A stretch of DNA of 64,000 nt from a bacterium (GTDB taxonomy: Bacteria > Bdellovibrionota_C > UBA2361 > RFPC01), in assembly GCA_030431715.1 (NCBI GenBank), contig JAUIIO010000013.1:39388-103387 (forward strand), read 5' to 3'. Below are positions 26,160-35,904 of this stretch, piece after piece. The notes under the pieces were generated by a model. That model was not told the origin of the DNA. It did no database searches and saw only the letters and a list, made by a program, of their open reading frames with translations. A program made the translations under genes and the position numbers. Positions within the stretch are counted from its first letter, which is position 1. Each line of letters opens with the position of its first letter.

Positions 26160-27698
26160 TTAAGAGAGCTCATCGGAAACAATTCGGTAGTGCGGATCCT
26201 CAATAATATTAACATCGATGATCTCACTGGAGTGGTGTAAGAGTTTTTTGCAGTCAGGGCTAAGATGCTTAAGGTGTAGCTTCTTCCCGAGTTTTAGATA
26301 ACGTTCCGTAAGCTTATTGAGTGCTTCAATTGCAGAGTGATCGGTTACGCGACTTTCAAGAAAGTCGATAATAACCTCTTCAGGATCTCCAATCGGATCA
26401 AACTTTTCTTGAAACATTGTAACCGATCCAAAAAAGAGTGGGCCATAGATCTCATAATGCTTCACACCTTCTTCATCAACATACTTTCTGGCACGAATTC
26501 TTTTTGAATTCTCCCACGCAAATACGAGAGCAGAGATGATAACTCCCACAAGTACGGCAAGTGCAAGATTGTGAAAGAAGATAGTGATAAGCGTTACGGT
26601 TATCATTACTAGTACGTCTGATGTCGGGACTTTCCCTACGGCATGTAGGCTTGCCCACTCAAAAGTTCCTATAGCTACGATGAACATAACCCCGACGAGC
26701 GCGGCCATTGGTAATTGCTCAATAATAGGGGCACCGTAGAGAATAAAGATAAGAAGTGAAATCGCTGCTACTACTCCTGAAATACGATTTCTTCCTCCAG
26801 AGCTTATATTAATAAGGCTCTGTCCAATCATAGCGCAGCCGCCCATTCCGCCAAAGAATCCTGTTACGGTGTTTGCTAGCCCCTGACCAACGCACTCTTT
26901 ATTTCCTCTTCCTCTTGTCTCGGTGATTTCATCAATAAGGCTCAGGGTAAGAAGACTCTCGATCAATCCCACTCCCGCCATGATAGCCGAATAAGGAAAT
27001 ATAATCTTGATGTTTTCATAGGTGAAAGGAACTACTGGAATATGAAAAGAAGGGAAGCCACCAGAGATTGAAGCAATATCTCCGACAGTTTTTGTTTCGA
27101 TCCCTAATCCAAGTACGATAGCTGATACGGTAACAATGGCAACAAGCGAGGAAGGAACGGCACGCGTGAGTTTAGGTAGAAAGTGGATAATGCACATGGT
27201 AAGTGCAACTAGGCCTAGCATGCTGTAAAGCGGCATACCACTTAACCACACCTTTTCACCATTTTCACTTAGCACCGTAAACTGCTCTAGCTGCGCCATA
27301 AAAATAACGATAGCTAGTCCATTCACAAAACCATACATTACAGGGTGGGGAACAAGTCTGATAAACTTCCCGAGTCGTAGTATTCCAGCAAGTATTTGGA
27401 TCACTCCCATAAGAACAACAGCAGCGAGTAGGTATTCAAAGCCGTGATCGCGTACCAGTGGCGCGACCACAACCGCGATTGCTCCAGTGGCGCCTGAGAT
27501 CATGCCCGGCCGGCCTCCCAGTAAAGATGCAATAAGCCCTATAATAAAAGCCGCATAGAGCCCGGAGAGGGGAGGTACTCCGGCGATAATTGAGAACGCT
27601 ACTGCCTCAGGAATAAGAGCCAGAGCTACGGTGAGGCCAGATAAGAGTTCGTTTTTAAGGTTATAGTTACCTTTTCTAAAGAGGTTTAAAAAATACAT
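26160..27698 (-). CDS. SulP-family anion transporter with C-terminal STAS domain
   Basis: The N-terminus reads [32 protein letters not shown], which is SulP-like. A polytopic core is followed by a soluble C-terminal STAS-like domain. Confidence 0.8.
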   Translation of the reverse strand: MYFLNLFRKGNYNLKNELLSGLTVALALIPEAVAFSIIAGVPPLSGLYAAFIIGLIASLLGGRPGMISGATGAIAVVVAPLVRDHGFEYLLAAVVLMGVIQILAGILRLGKFIRLVPHPVMYGFVNGLAIVIFMAQLEQFTVLSENGEKVWLSGMPLYSMLGLVALTMCIIHFLPKLTRAVPSSLVAIVTVSAIVLGLGIETKTVGDIASISGGFPSFHIPVVPFTYENIKIIFPYSAIMAGVGLIESLLTLSLIDEITETRGRGNKECVGQGLANTVTGFFGGMGGCAMIGQSLINISSGGRNRISGVVAAISLLIFILYGAPIIEQLPMAALVGVMFIVAIGTFEWASLHAVGKVPTSDVLVMITVTLITIFFHNLALAVLVGVIISALVFAWENSKRIRARKYVDEEGVKHYEIYGPLFFGSVTMFQEKFDPIGDPEEVIIDFLESRVTDHSAIEALNKLTERYLKLGKKLHLKHLSPDCKKLLHHSSEIIDVNIIEDPHYRIVSDELS

Positions 27699-27868
27699 CA
27701 GCCTGTTATTAAATACTTAGTGGTTAGAGTGGTAGGTAGAGGGAGTCAGAGTGCGTGATGTTAAAAAATATTCATCATATGTATGAAATAGAGCATCTCT
27801 GTCCTCTGCGAATTGAAGGTAGATGATTACCCTATTTGCACAGAGATGCCAACCCCTTATGAAGGTGC

Positions 27869-28678
27869 TTACTTCTCGCCGTATACAGTAATACTTGAGA
27901 TCGCAGCTTCATTGGCAATAAACTCGTCTGCCTCTTTCTCAGAGAGGTACTTGAGTAGTACCTCTTTAGGGAGCGTTATCGGCTTTTCTGTTTTGACTTC
28001 GATATTCTTAAATCCAGTATCTTTTATGATTTGCAGGTATTCAGACCTCTTAAGGGCTCCTGAGACACAGCCAACATACATAATGGCGTCTTCTTGAAGA
28101 CCGATCGGGAGCGGTTTCTCCAGTACAATATCTGATACAGAGAAATGCCCGCCCGTTTTGAGTACGCGAAACATTTCACGAAATGCTCTTTCCTTGTCTG
28201 GAACGAGATTAAGAACGCAGTTGCTAATGAGCACATCGATGGTGTCGTTCTCAACGGGCATCTCTTCGATATCTCCGAGGCGAAACTCTACATTCGCATA
28301 TCCCAACTTTTGTGCATTCATTTTGGCTTTTTCGATCATAGCCTCAGTCATATCAATGCCGAGCACGTGGCCAGTTTCACCAACGAGTGCTCTTGCTACA
28401 AAGGCGTCATTACCTGCCCCGGAACCGAGATCGAGTACGGTATCGCCTTCGCCAATGGCGGCTACTTCGGTAGGGATACCACAACCAAGCATCAGATCTG
28501 CGTCCTGCATATAACCTGATAGTTTGGTGTAGTCATCATTAAAGGAGGTAAAGTCATGAGGGTCACAACAGCTTTGTGTGCCACAACACGAGGTGCTTTC
28601 AAGTTGAGCGAGAGACTTCTTTGCGATCTCGCCATACTTTTGCTTCACAATAGATTTTATCTCTTCACCGCTGCTCAT
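27869..28678 (-). CDS. arsM: Arsenite S-adenosylmethionine methyltransferase-like enzyme
   Basis: VKQKYGEIA...CCGTQSCC...LGCGIP...VLDLGSGAGNDAF...ISNCVLNLVPDK...YVGCVSGAL shows the class I SAM fold. Cys residues sit at the positions I remember as conserved in ArsM. Confidence 0.7.
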   Translation of the reverse strand: MSSGEEIKSIVKQKYGEIAKKSLAQLESTSCCGTQSCCDPHDFTSFNDDYTKLSGYMQDADLMLGCGIPTEVAAIGEGDTVLDLGSGAGNDAFVARALVGETGHVLGIDMTEAMIEKAKMNAQKLGYANVEFRLGDIEEMPVENDTIDVLISNCVLNLVPDKERAFREMFRVLKTGGHFSVSDIVLEKPLPIGLQEDAIMYVGCVSGALKRSEYLQIIKDTGFKNIEVKTEKPITLPKEVLLKYLSEKEADEFIANEAAISSITVYGEK

Positions 28679-28758
28679 ATCTGGCTCCTCTGAAATATGA
28701 AGGTACGTTATGAGAATAGCACTTCTGTGCTCAGTGGGGAACTCTAGTACCTCTCGAG

Positions 28759-29292
28759 CTAGAGTTCCATTTTAGAGAAGGGCGAGTTTTGTTTACGTGT
28801 GAGTGTGCTGGCATGGCCTTTGAGTTTTGAGAGCACCTCATTAAAGGTTATATTAAAGTACTGCAGATTGTGTTTGTCAGGTTGTATCAGGTTCTCACGT
28901 ATTGCCTCTGTCCCGTAACGGAGCAGACGGGCAGGGAGTTGGAGAAAATCTATCACCTGATAGTGTGCAGGACGATTGAGTTTAAAGGTATCAATGGCAA
29001 AGCCGTGCTCTGTGAGCATGAGACTGACGTGACCAATCGACTTTGCAAAGGGTTGGTTGTCTGCGTATGCGATATGAAGCATACGAGGTGCTTCAACTGA
29101 GTGTAAGTAAGATTTCAGTGATGTTACCAGAGCGTTGTGCTGCTCCGCATTCTTAAGCTCTGCGGCGAGGCTCATTGCATTTGAAACTCGGTATGCCTCG
29201 GCCAGATCACTCCTTGTGCCGATCTCTACATTCAGATCGTTTACGTCCCTAGCTAACTTCTCAACGGAATTGGAATCTCTATTCGTGAACAT
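28759..29292 (-). CDS. Hypothetical protein
   Basis: This is an ORF only. Confidence 0.4.
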   Translation of the reverse strand: MFTNRDSNSVEKLARDVNDLNVEIGTRSDLAEAYRVSNAMSLAAELKNAEQHNALVTSLKSYLHSVEAPRMLHIAYADNQPFAKSIGHVSLMLTEHGFAIDTFKLNRPAHYQVIDFLQLPARLLRYGTEAIRENLIQPDKHNLQYFNITFNEVLSKLKGHASTLTRKQNSPFSKMEL

Positions 29293-29423
29293 CGTACTTC
29301 CTCGTATCCTTGTTATGGAATAAGGAGAGTTTATGGTGATTTAGCCAGAAGATGGGAGCTGTATGTAAGCATTCATCTGTCTGGATAAATGCTTGATTTT
29401 CTATCTAAACAATAGAGGATTAA

Positions 29424-29493
29424 ACACAGGAGCCCACGGAGAACGCGGAGAAGTAAAGATAGCTCGCTCCGCGTTCTCCGTGGGCTCCTGTGT
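29424..29493. repeat. 27-bp perfect inverted repeat with 16-nt spacer
   Basis: ACACAGGAGCCCACGGAGAACGCGGAG (29424-29450) is the exact reverse complement of CTCCGCGTTCTCCGTGGGCTCCTGTGT (29467-29493). Confidence 0.9.
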
Positions 29494-29614
29494 GATTATT
29501 CAAGCTCATAACACCCGGTATACATACCGCGAATGCGGCCAAGGGGTGAATATTTACAGCTATATTGTAGAAAAAAGAAGAGAGGGAGGAGTGTAGGGCA
29601 AAAGGAGGGGAGAA

Positions 29615-29639
29615 GCGAGAGGCGGCACGCGCCTCTCGC
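29615..29639 (-). terminator. Candidate intrinsic terminator of the 834-aa gene
   Basis: GCGAGAGGCG-GCACG-CGCCTCTCGC gives a 10-bp GC-rich stem 14 nt after the stop. On the minus strand the pyrimidine-rich TTCTCCCCTCCTTTTG follows. Confidence 0.45.
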
Positions 29640-29652
29640 TGTAGAGCTCAAG

Positions 29653-32157
29653 CTAGTTACAAGAGCTAGTCTCAGTAGGAGTCTTTTCCATTATCTGAGA
29701 AACAATCTCGTAACGGTTAGCAGCCAACTTCTCGAGTCGACTACCAATATTCGCACGTCGCTTACGCATACGCTTTAGGCGAATAACGATCTCGTCAACG
29801 AGCTTCACAAGCCCGTCAGAGTTTGTAGTGATGGAGTTCAGAGCAGTAACGTTGCTCACCTGAGAGCACAGGTCAGCGTTTGTACAGCTAAGAATTACAT
29901 CTGGCAACAACGACAGTGCTTCGAGGTTTGTAAGTACGAGAGCAGATGCTGCTTGGTTCGTCTCTTTAGAGAACCTGCGTACCCACCTTTTCACACGCTT
30001 AAACTTACGACGTGATTCACGGCGAAGCTGTCGAGTACCAATTCTTACTACGTCTTCTTGCAGGCGAAGCGCTGTATCAAGCTCAGCATTTTGATCTGAT
30101 ACATCGGCTTCTGCACAACCAAGACAGGTGTCGTTGTTACCGTCACAGATTCCACATGCATCGAGCTCTGAGATTAAGCAGCAGCTTCCAGCAGTATCGA
30201 GCTCTGCAGCTCCGTTTGGTGTTCCAGCGCAATCGAGGCACGTTGTGTTCGCATCAGGGTCACCCTGCGCTCTACAAACGCCGCACTCGTCTACGACGTT
30301 GTTTGGCTCATCGCCTTGTACAATTGGCTCACCAGCGCAATCGAGGTCACATGCTGTAGAGGCAAGTTCAACGAAGCATGAGCTTGTTCCAAAGTCATCA
30401 CTCACCATAAGTGTGACCGTACAAGTTCCTGGTGCGATGCTAGAACCGAGGCCCGGATCGAAGAGTTCGATATCAAGAGTCTCGTCAGAGGCGCCAGAAA
30501 CAACAGTACTGAAGTTGTCACCTTCTGTTCCGCAGTTCACAACCCAGCTAAATGAAACGTCACGACCTTCAGGGTCAAGACCACTCGCAGTGAGTGAAGT
30601 TGACGTTGTAACACCACCACAATCTAGGCCAGTCTGTCCGCTAATTGAACAGCTTGGAAGCTCGTTTGGTGAACAAAGCGCGGTGCCGAGAGTCGCAGTC
30701 TCTGTAAGACCAGCAATCTCCCATGAAACAGAAGCGTCATCGTTAAACGGTACGCTAAAGACTGTTTCTGAAGCAGCATCTTTACCACCTGCGACAAAGG
30801 TCTCTGGGATACTTGGATCCGCAGGAGCATTTCCGCCGTCAACAAAGTTCAGGCTTCCTTCAGCGATAGTGATATCAAAGTTATTATCATTGGCGTAACC
30901 AAACTTAGCAGTAAGGTAACCGTTGGCGTTTCCATCAGCACTCTGCATGATACATGCGGAAGGCGTAATAGGAGCACACTGTCTGCTTACGCTTCCATTC
31001 TCCTCTACGAGGGCTTCAGCAGAGCTCAGGCTATTATCAACTGAGTAAGCGAGCCACCAGATAAGATATGGTGAAATGCTAGTATCCCATGTTGCGCTCA
31101 TAACACCGTCATGCCGTCCTTGCATAAAGAATTCTGGCTGAACAACAGAGTCAGTAAGTGCTGTGTTTGGAGAGAGCTCGTTTCGACCACCATCAATTGT
31201 TCCTACAGGAATGTTGGTGATATTTGGACGATCGCTATCATAGCCAAACCATGCAGTGGCAGTTCCGTCGTTGTTGTCGTAAACACAGCTAACAAGTGGG
31301 TTTACAGCTTTGTTCTCACAACGGTTAACAAACTCACCGTCTACTACAGCATTGTAGTAGTCGATATCGATCTCTCCGCCTACAGGAGCAGTGTCAAAAT
31401 CGGTAGGGAATCCGATTCTCCACTGAGTGGCTTCACCTTCCCATGGGGCAACGCCTTCTTTAAGGGTAAAGAAGGTTTGTGTTGGCCATGCAGGGAAATT
31501 CTCTGGCTGGCCCTGATCGTTATTAATATTTGTGAAAGAGTTCACTCCAGTTCCTGACGGGGAATTGTTAAATCCACGTGGGATGTACGAGTCCTGCGTG
31601 TTGTAGTTGGTCACGGTAAAGTGAGCTACCATCCCTTCAGGTGTGTTCTCAACACAATCGAGCTCAGGAACAATTGGACAGTCTTGTGGAGCGTCTGTTG
31701 TTTCAGCTACAGCAATTTCTGTGTGGGTAAGAACAGGAAGTCCTACTTTCCAAGCACGTGGTACACCATTAGCAGGAAAAGTAACTGAGTGTGAAAAGTG
31801 TCGTCCTGATTCAAAGTGAGTCGTTTGTCCTTGGTTCGCAGGTAATGGAAGTGCCGCGTTAAAAAAGCCTACCGGGATGTCGTATTCCGGACACGGCGTA
31901 CACTGCCACTGAAAGGTAAAAAAGTTAAAAAAGCAGAACTCATCATTCGGATTATCATAGTAGAAATCCGCCGTAACTGTTCCGTCGCAATTATTTGTGA
32001 GCTCAACGTCCGTTTCAATAGGACCGAGACAGAGTTCTTCTACGAAGATGGCGCTTGCGCTTGCAGGTAAGAATACAGTGCAGAAAAACAATGCGATACT
32101 GACGAACATGCCAGCATGAATTTTTCCCGCTTTGTTTTGTGATAGTGGGGTGTCCAT
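29653..32157 (-). CDS. Large secreted protein: four tandem repeats of about 100 aa, a PKD-like domain, a Cys-rich repeat region and a K/R-rich C-terminal module
   Basis: After a signal peptide, the repeats begin NCDGTVTADFYYDNPN, LDCVENTPEGMVAHFTVTNYN, VSCVYDNNDGTATAWFGYDSD and PSACIMQSADGNANGYLTAKFGYAND. The Cys-rich region reads DCAGEP...DECGVCRAQGD...CLDCAGTPNG...DACGICDGNNDTCLGC. The tail reads RQLRRESRRKFKRVKRWVRRF...RLKRMRKRR. Confidence 0.65.
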   Translation of the reverse strand: MDTPLSQNKAGKIHAGMFVSIALFFCTVFLPASASAIFVEELCLGPIETDVELTNNCDGTVTADFYYDNPNDEFCFFNFFTFQWQCTPCPEYDIPVGFFNAALPLPANQGQTTHFESGRHFSHSVTFPANGVPRAWKVGLPVLTHTEIAVAETTDAPQDCPIVPELDCVENTPEGMVAHFTVTNYNTQDSYIPRGFNNSPSGTGVNSFTNINNDQGQPENFPAWPTQTFFTLKEGVAPWEGEATQWRIGFPTDFDTAPVGGEIDIDYYNAVVDGEFVNRCENKAVNPLVSCVYDNNDGTATAWFGYDSDRPNITNIPVGTIDGGRNELSPNTALTDSVVQPEFFMQGRHDGVMSATWDTSISPYLIWWLAYSVDNSLSSAEALVEENGSVSRQCAPITPSACIMQSADGNANGYLTAKFGYANDNNFDITIAEGSLNFVDGGNAPADPSIPETFVAGGKDAASETVFSVPFNDDASVSWEIAGLTETATLGTALCSPNELPSCSISGQTGLDCGGVTTSTSLTASGLDPEGRDVSFSWVVNCGTEGDNFSTVVSGASDETLDIELFDPGLGSSIAPGTCTVTLMVSDDFGTSSCFVELASTACDLDCAGEPIVQGDEPNNVVDECGVCRAQGDPDANTTCLDCAGTPNGAAELDTAGSCCLISELDACGICDGNNDTCLGCAEADVSDQNAELDTALRLQEDVVRIGTRQLRRESRRKFKRVKRWVRRFSKETNQAASALVLTNLEALSLLPDVILSCTNADLCSQVSNVTALNSITTNSDGLVKLVDEIVIRLKRMRKRRANIGSRLEKLAANRYEIVSQIMEKTPTETSSCN

Positions 32158-32595
32158 GATTATGTACCTCTAGTTGAACAAGAATTAGAAGATTCGGTAG
32201 TGTGAGTGGTACCGGGTCTCCGAGTAAGCGCCCGGATAATACACCAATGAGCATTCTTATGAAAGATTTTTATTGCTGATAGGTATCCGTAAGGTATTAA
32301 ATTGAATAAAGAACTATAGTTCTGTCCCTAGGGCAGTAAACAAGCGTAGATCTAGGCTATCCTCGTGATGGCTTGTTGTCGAGGCTATAGCCTCTATGTC
32401 TGCCTGAATTCTCTGCGCAGCTTTAGAGTCGAAATATCAGGGTAGCTTATTTGCAGACATAGTCAAAGTCAGGGGGCCTGTATTTCAGCTGAGAGCCGTC
32501 TAATGCTCAATATGGTCTCTTTGTAGCAGTACAGTGAGGGGAAATAGTATAGCGCAATGATGAATTGGGCTGCTGATCTGTGATAGGCTCTCCCA

Positions 32596-33381
32596 ATGAC
32601 CGCTAATAAGAATGTTATGTTTGTACTCAAATATCTGAGATTCTGCAGCTTCTCAGCACTGTTTCTTTGGCTCGGGTGCTTTTATAGTTCTCCACTTCTT
32701 GCTGAAGTTCGTTTTGAGGTTGATAAGCTTAAACCTGGCCAGTCGCTGACTCTCAAATATCGTGTACGGGTTAAGAGTTCAGATTCCATTCCTCTTTCAA
32801 CTCGTGTTGTTTCAAGTCAGGGAACGGTAACACATGATGGCGCTACAGAAATATTTTATACCAGTGATCCTGAGAGTTCTCTTGTAGGGGCCTCGACGGA
32901 TACTCCTCTTGTTTTTGTCGACAGCGATGGTGATGGAATCTATGACGATCTTGATGGGTGTCCTTTTGCAGAGATAAAGACTTCTCCCGGGAGTTGTGGC
33001 TGTAACGTTTTAGATACTGATGTAAACAAAAATGGCGTAGCAGATTGTTTGCTCAATCTTGATCTCAAAGACCTTTTATCTAGAGCAGATGTTCTGGTAA
33101 GGAAACTTAAACCCAATAAGAAGCTACGAAAGAAGAAGCAGCGCAAGCGACAACGTTTGAATAAAAAGGAGCTACGAAGCCTGCGAAAATTCATTCTGGA
33201 TATTTTTAATGCTTCAGCGACTGAGCTTAGTGTCACAAGCGCAGACGTTAAGCTTCCAAAGCTCTATAAAAAGCTGAATATACAGATGCGCAAGACGCTC
33301 CGAACGGGAAGCAAGAAATTTAACAAATTTAAAAAACAAACTCGAAAATCACTAAGGAGGCTAGATGATGTCCTGCTCTAG
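32596..33381 (+). CDS. Secreted protein: DUF11-like beta domain, thrombospondin-type-3/Cys motif, long K/R-rich C-terminal tail
   Basis: After a signal peptide come LKPGQSLTLKYRVRVKS and DSDGDGIYDDLDGCPFAEIKTSPGSCGCNVLDTDVNKNGVADCL. The tail reads KLKPNKKLRKKKQRKRQRLNKKELRSLRKF...KKFNKFKKQTRKSLRRL. Confidence 0.55.
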   Translation: MTANKNVMFVLKYLRFCSFSALFLWLGCFYSSPLLAEVRFEVDKLKPGQSLTLKYRVRVKSSDSIPLSTRVVSSQGTVTHDGATEIFYTSDPESSLVGASTDTPLVFVDSDGDGIYDDLDGCPFAEIKTSPGSCGCNVLDTDVNKNGVADCLLNLDLKDLLSRADVLVRKLKPNKKLRKKKQRKRQRLNKKELRSLRKFILDIFNASATELSVTSADVKLPKLYKKLNIQMRKTLRTGSKKFNKFKKQTRKSLRRLDDVLL

Positions 33382-35818
33382 GTTCCAAATTTTTAGTGTT
33401 TTAGTGTTATGCCTGAGTACCCTCTCTCCATGCATGCTTGGAGCGCAGCAGCTCGATGCCACACTGACAGATAGGCTTCTCCAAGACGACAATGGAGATG
33501 GCAAGCTAGGTCCCGGTGAAGTACTCGAATATTCCGTCACGATTACCAATAACGGGGCAGAGACTCTGCGAGGCATAGTCTACAGTGACGTTCTTGATCC
33601 CAATGTGTCCTTGCTATCTGCCGATAGCACAGCAAAAGATGATTATTATCTTCTGACAGGGGGTAAGAGTGCCCACACTATTCCTGCTCAATACGGGTTC
33701 ATACAAAATAATGATTACGGAGCTGAGCTTTCGGTAAAGAGCCACGATGCCACTACTGAGCAGGGCTTTTCGTTATCAGTGGCTTCTGATGGAAGCTTTA
33801 CGTACACGCCGGGTACGTATCTTGGAAGAGATGGCTTTAACTACACAGTCCAAGACTCACTAGGAAATCAATTTTCAGCCAGAGTAACACTTTTTGTAGC
33901 TGGATCTCTTTACGCTGCTAATAACACCGTTAGCGATGGGGGAGTTGGGACCTTTGGCGATCCTTTTAATACCCTAGCCGAGGCAGAGCAGGAGTCAGAA
34001 GAGGGCGATGCGATATTTCTCTACAGTGGTGACAAAACAAGTAAGGGCCAAGACAGAGGGATCTTTGTTAAGAATCAACAGACTCTGATTGGTCAAAGTG
34101 TTGCTATCCCCGTATTTGGGGCTTCGGGCTATATCTCTACCCTCCCTGAAGCTACATCTGCATTAACCCGGCCTGTAGTAGTTAAGACCAGTGATGATGC
34201 AAACGGAGGTACGGCTATCATCGCAGGTGATAATACTTCTATCTTAGGCCTTCGCGTTGGCGATCTTTCCGAGCCGATTATATTTCGAAAGGGGCTTTAT
34301 GCTTTTGAATTTGGCTCTATCTTTCTTCGATTCCTCAGCTTTGCGCACAGTAATAGTTACCCTGTTGACCTCAGAGTTGGTGATGTTGACGCAGATATTG
34401 ATAGTGTTACCAATCTGAATCCTGCAGTTACGGGAGCGAGTCTGGTACATCTTGATACCTGTAGTGGGAGTCTGATGGTGAACGGTAAGGTGAAAGGAGT
34501 AAGACACGGTATCTCCGTAAGTGGATCGGTTGATGCTTATTTCCATGATGTTGAGCTTACTGATGCCGGAATTTCTTATGCCGCTGGCTCTGGCTCGCTT
34601 ACTATTGAAAGTGATGGAGGTGGTATCAATTTTACAGGACCAAATACCTCAGCAGCTTTACGTATTCAGGATGCTGCAAACTTTCTATTACGCAGTACCG
34701 ACGAGAACTCTCCTTTTGCTATTACTGATGCAGGCATCGGTCAGGGAAGTGGAGGAAGTACACATTATGCCGTCTCAATCTCTGGCAGCGAAAATATTAT
34801 TCTTGAGAATCTTGATATAGATTCTGGCTCAGGAAGCTCAGATACTGGAGTGGCTATTTTGGATTCTGATAGCGTCACCATTAAGGATACTGAGCTTACG
34901 GTGCACGGAGGATTTACGGGCTTTCGTGTAGGCTCTACGAATGCTGCTGAGAATATGAACGTAACACTCTCTGGTAATACCATTACTGGAGGAAGTTCAT
35001 ATCCGGACAATGTAAGGACCGGAGTGGCTGTACAATATAGTAGCAGCGCTTATAAAGCTCTTAAGCTCAATATCACAGGCAATACATTTCAGGCTACTCG
35101 AAATGAAGCGATTGAGCTTGGATTTCTTGACGGGTCAGGCTCCGCTGATAATAGAAATGTGGTTACGATTGAAGACAATTTTATCGCCGATCCTGGTGAG
35201 CAAGGAATTAATATTCAGAACAGCAGTGACTCAACAACACGTTTTCTTATTCGTAATAATGAGATAGATGGACAGGTATCGGTCCCCTATGCTTCCCGGT
35301 CTTCGTCCTATATCCCTCGATATGGTATCATTATACTATCAAATGATTCTTCGTTGAGTGACCTTACGATTTCTAAAAATAAGATAAACGATTTTGATAG
35401 AGACCAAGTACGAATTGCTTCAGCAGATAGTGGCTTTATTCGTACGCTCATAGAGCAGAATGAATTTCGTGCTGCTGATGAATTAAATAACGATGATGCG
35501 GCATTGTTAATAGTCTCTCAAAGTGCGGGCGATAGTGTGCACGCAACTGTTAGTGGAAACATTATAGATATGCCGGATGTCTTCTCTGGTCTGGAATTTT
35601 ACTCTCAGGGAGCTGGCTCTCTCACGTGTGCAGACATAGATGCGAACCGCGGAGATGCTCCGGGCTCAGCTCCTGATGGCAAAATCAGGCTGATAAATTC
35701 ATCGACTGGAAATCTTCAAGTTGCAGAGCTTAGTACCGTCTCAGCTAGAAACAACGGTGTTGAACTCTCAACAAGCGGTACTCTTTCAAGCGTCTCATCC
35801 TGCCAGAGTGTTCAATAG
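33365..35818 (+). CDS. Secreted adhesin-like protein: DUF11-like domain, cadherin/VCBS-like Ig domain, right-handed parallel beta-helix repeats
   Basis: After a signal peptide come GEVLEYSVTITNNG and FSLSVASDGSFTYTPGTYLGRDGFNYTVQDSLGNQFSARVTLFV. A long run of short G/N/S/T-rich repeat units typical of a beta-helix follows. The gene overlaps the upstream gene by 17 nt. Confidence 0.55.
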   Translation: MMSCSRFQIFSVLVLCLSTLSPCMLGAQQLDATLTDRLLQDDNGDGKLGPGEVLEYSVTITNNGAETLRGIVYSDVLDPNVSLLSADSTAKDDYYLLTGGKSAHTIPAQYGFIQNNDYGAELSVKSHDATTEQGFSLSVASDGSFTYTPGTYLGRDGFNYTVQDSLGNQFSARVTLFVAGSLYAANNTVSDGGVGTFGDPFNTLAEAEQESEEGDAIFLYSGDKTSKGQDRGIFVKNQQTLIGQSVAIPVFGASGYISTLPEATSALTRPVVVKTSDDANGGTAIIAGDNTSILGLRVGDLSEPIIFRKGLYAFEFGSIFLRFLSFAHSNSYPVDLRVGDVDADIDSVTNLNPAVTGASLVHLDTCSGSLMVNGKVKGVRHGISVSGSVDAYFHDVELTDAGISYAAGSGSLTIESDGGGINFTGPNTSAALRIQDAANFLLRSTDENSPFAITDAGIGQGSGGSTHYAVSISGSENIILENLDIDSGSGSSDTGVAILDSDSVTIKDTELTVHGGFTGFRVGSTNAAENMNVTLSGNTITGGSSYPDNVRTGVAVQYSSSAYKALKLNITGNTFQATRNEAIELGFLDGSGSADNRNVVTIEDNFIADPGEQGINIQNSSDSTTRFLIRNNEIDGQVSVPYASRSSSYIPRYGIIILSNDSSLSDLTISKNKINDFDRDQVRIASADSGFIRTLIEQNEFRAADELNNDDAALLIVSQSAGDSVHATVSGNIIDMPDVFSGLEFYSQGAGSLTCADIDANRGDAPGSAPDGKIRLINSSTGNLQVAELSTVSARNNGVELSTSGTLSSVSSCQSVQ

Positions 35819-35904
35819 GGCTATATTTACCTTAAAATCATCTCAGAGCTCTGTATCTGGAATCAAACCTAAACCTTCGTAGCAGATCTTCCGAGATAGC
35901 TGGT

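Noticed and set aside
30128-30898. A 256-aa ORF lies antisense to the 834-aa secreted-protein gene.
   Set aside because: It is a Ser/Pro/Ala-rich mirror-frame product with no RBS or recognisable motifs. The sense strand has coherent domain architecture.
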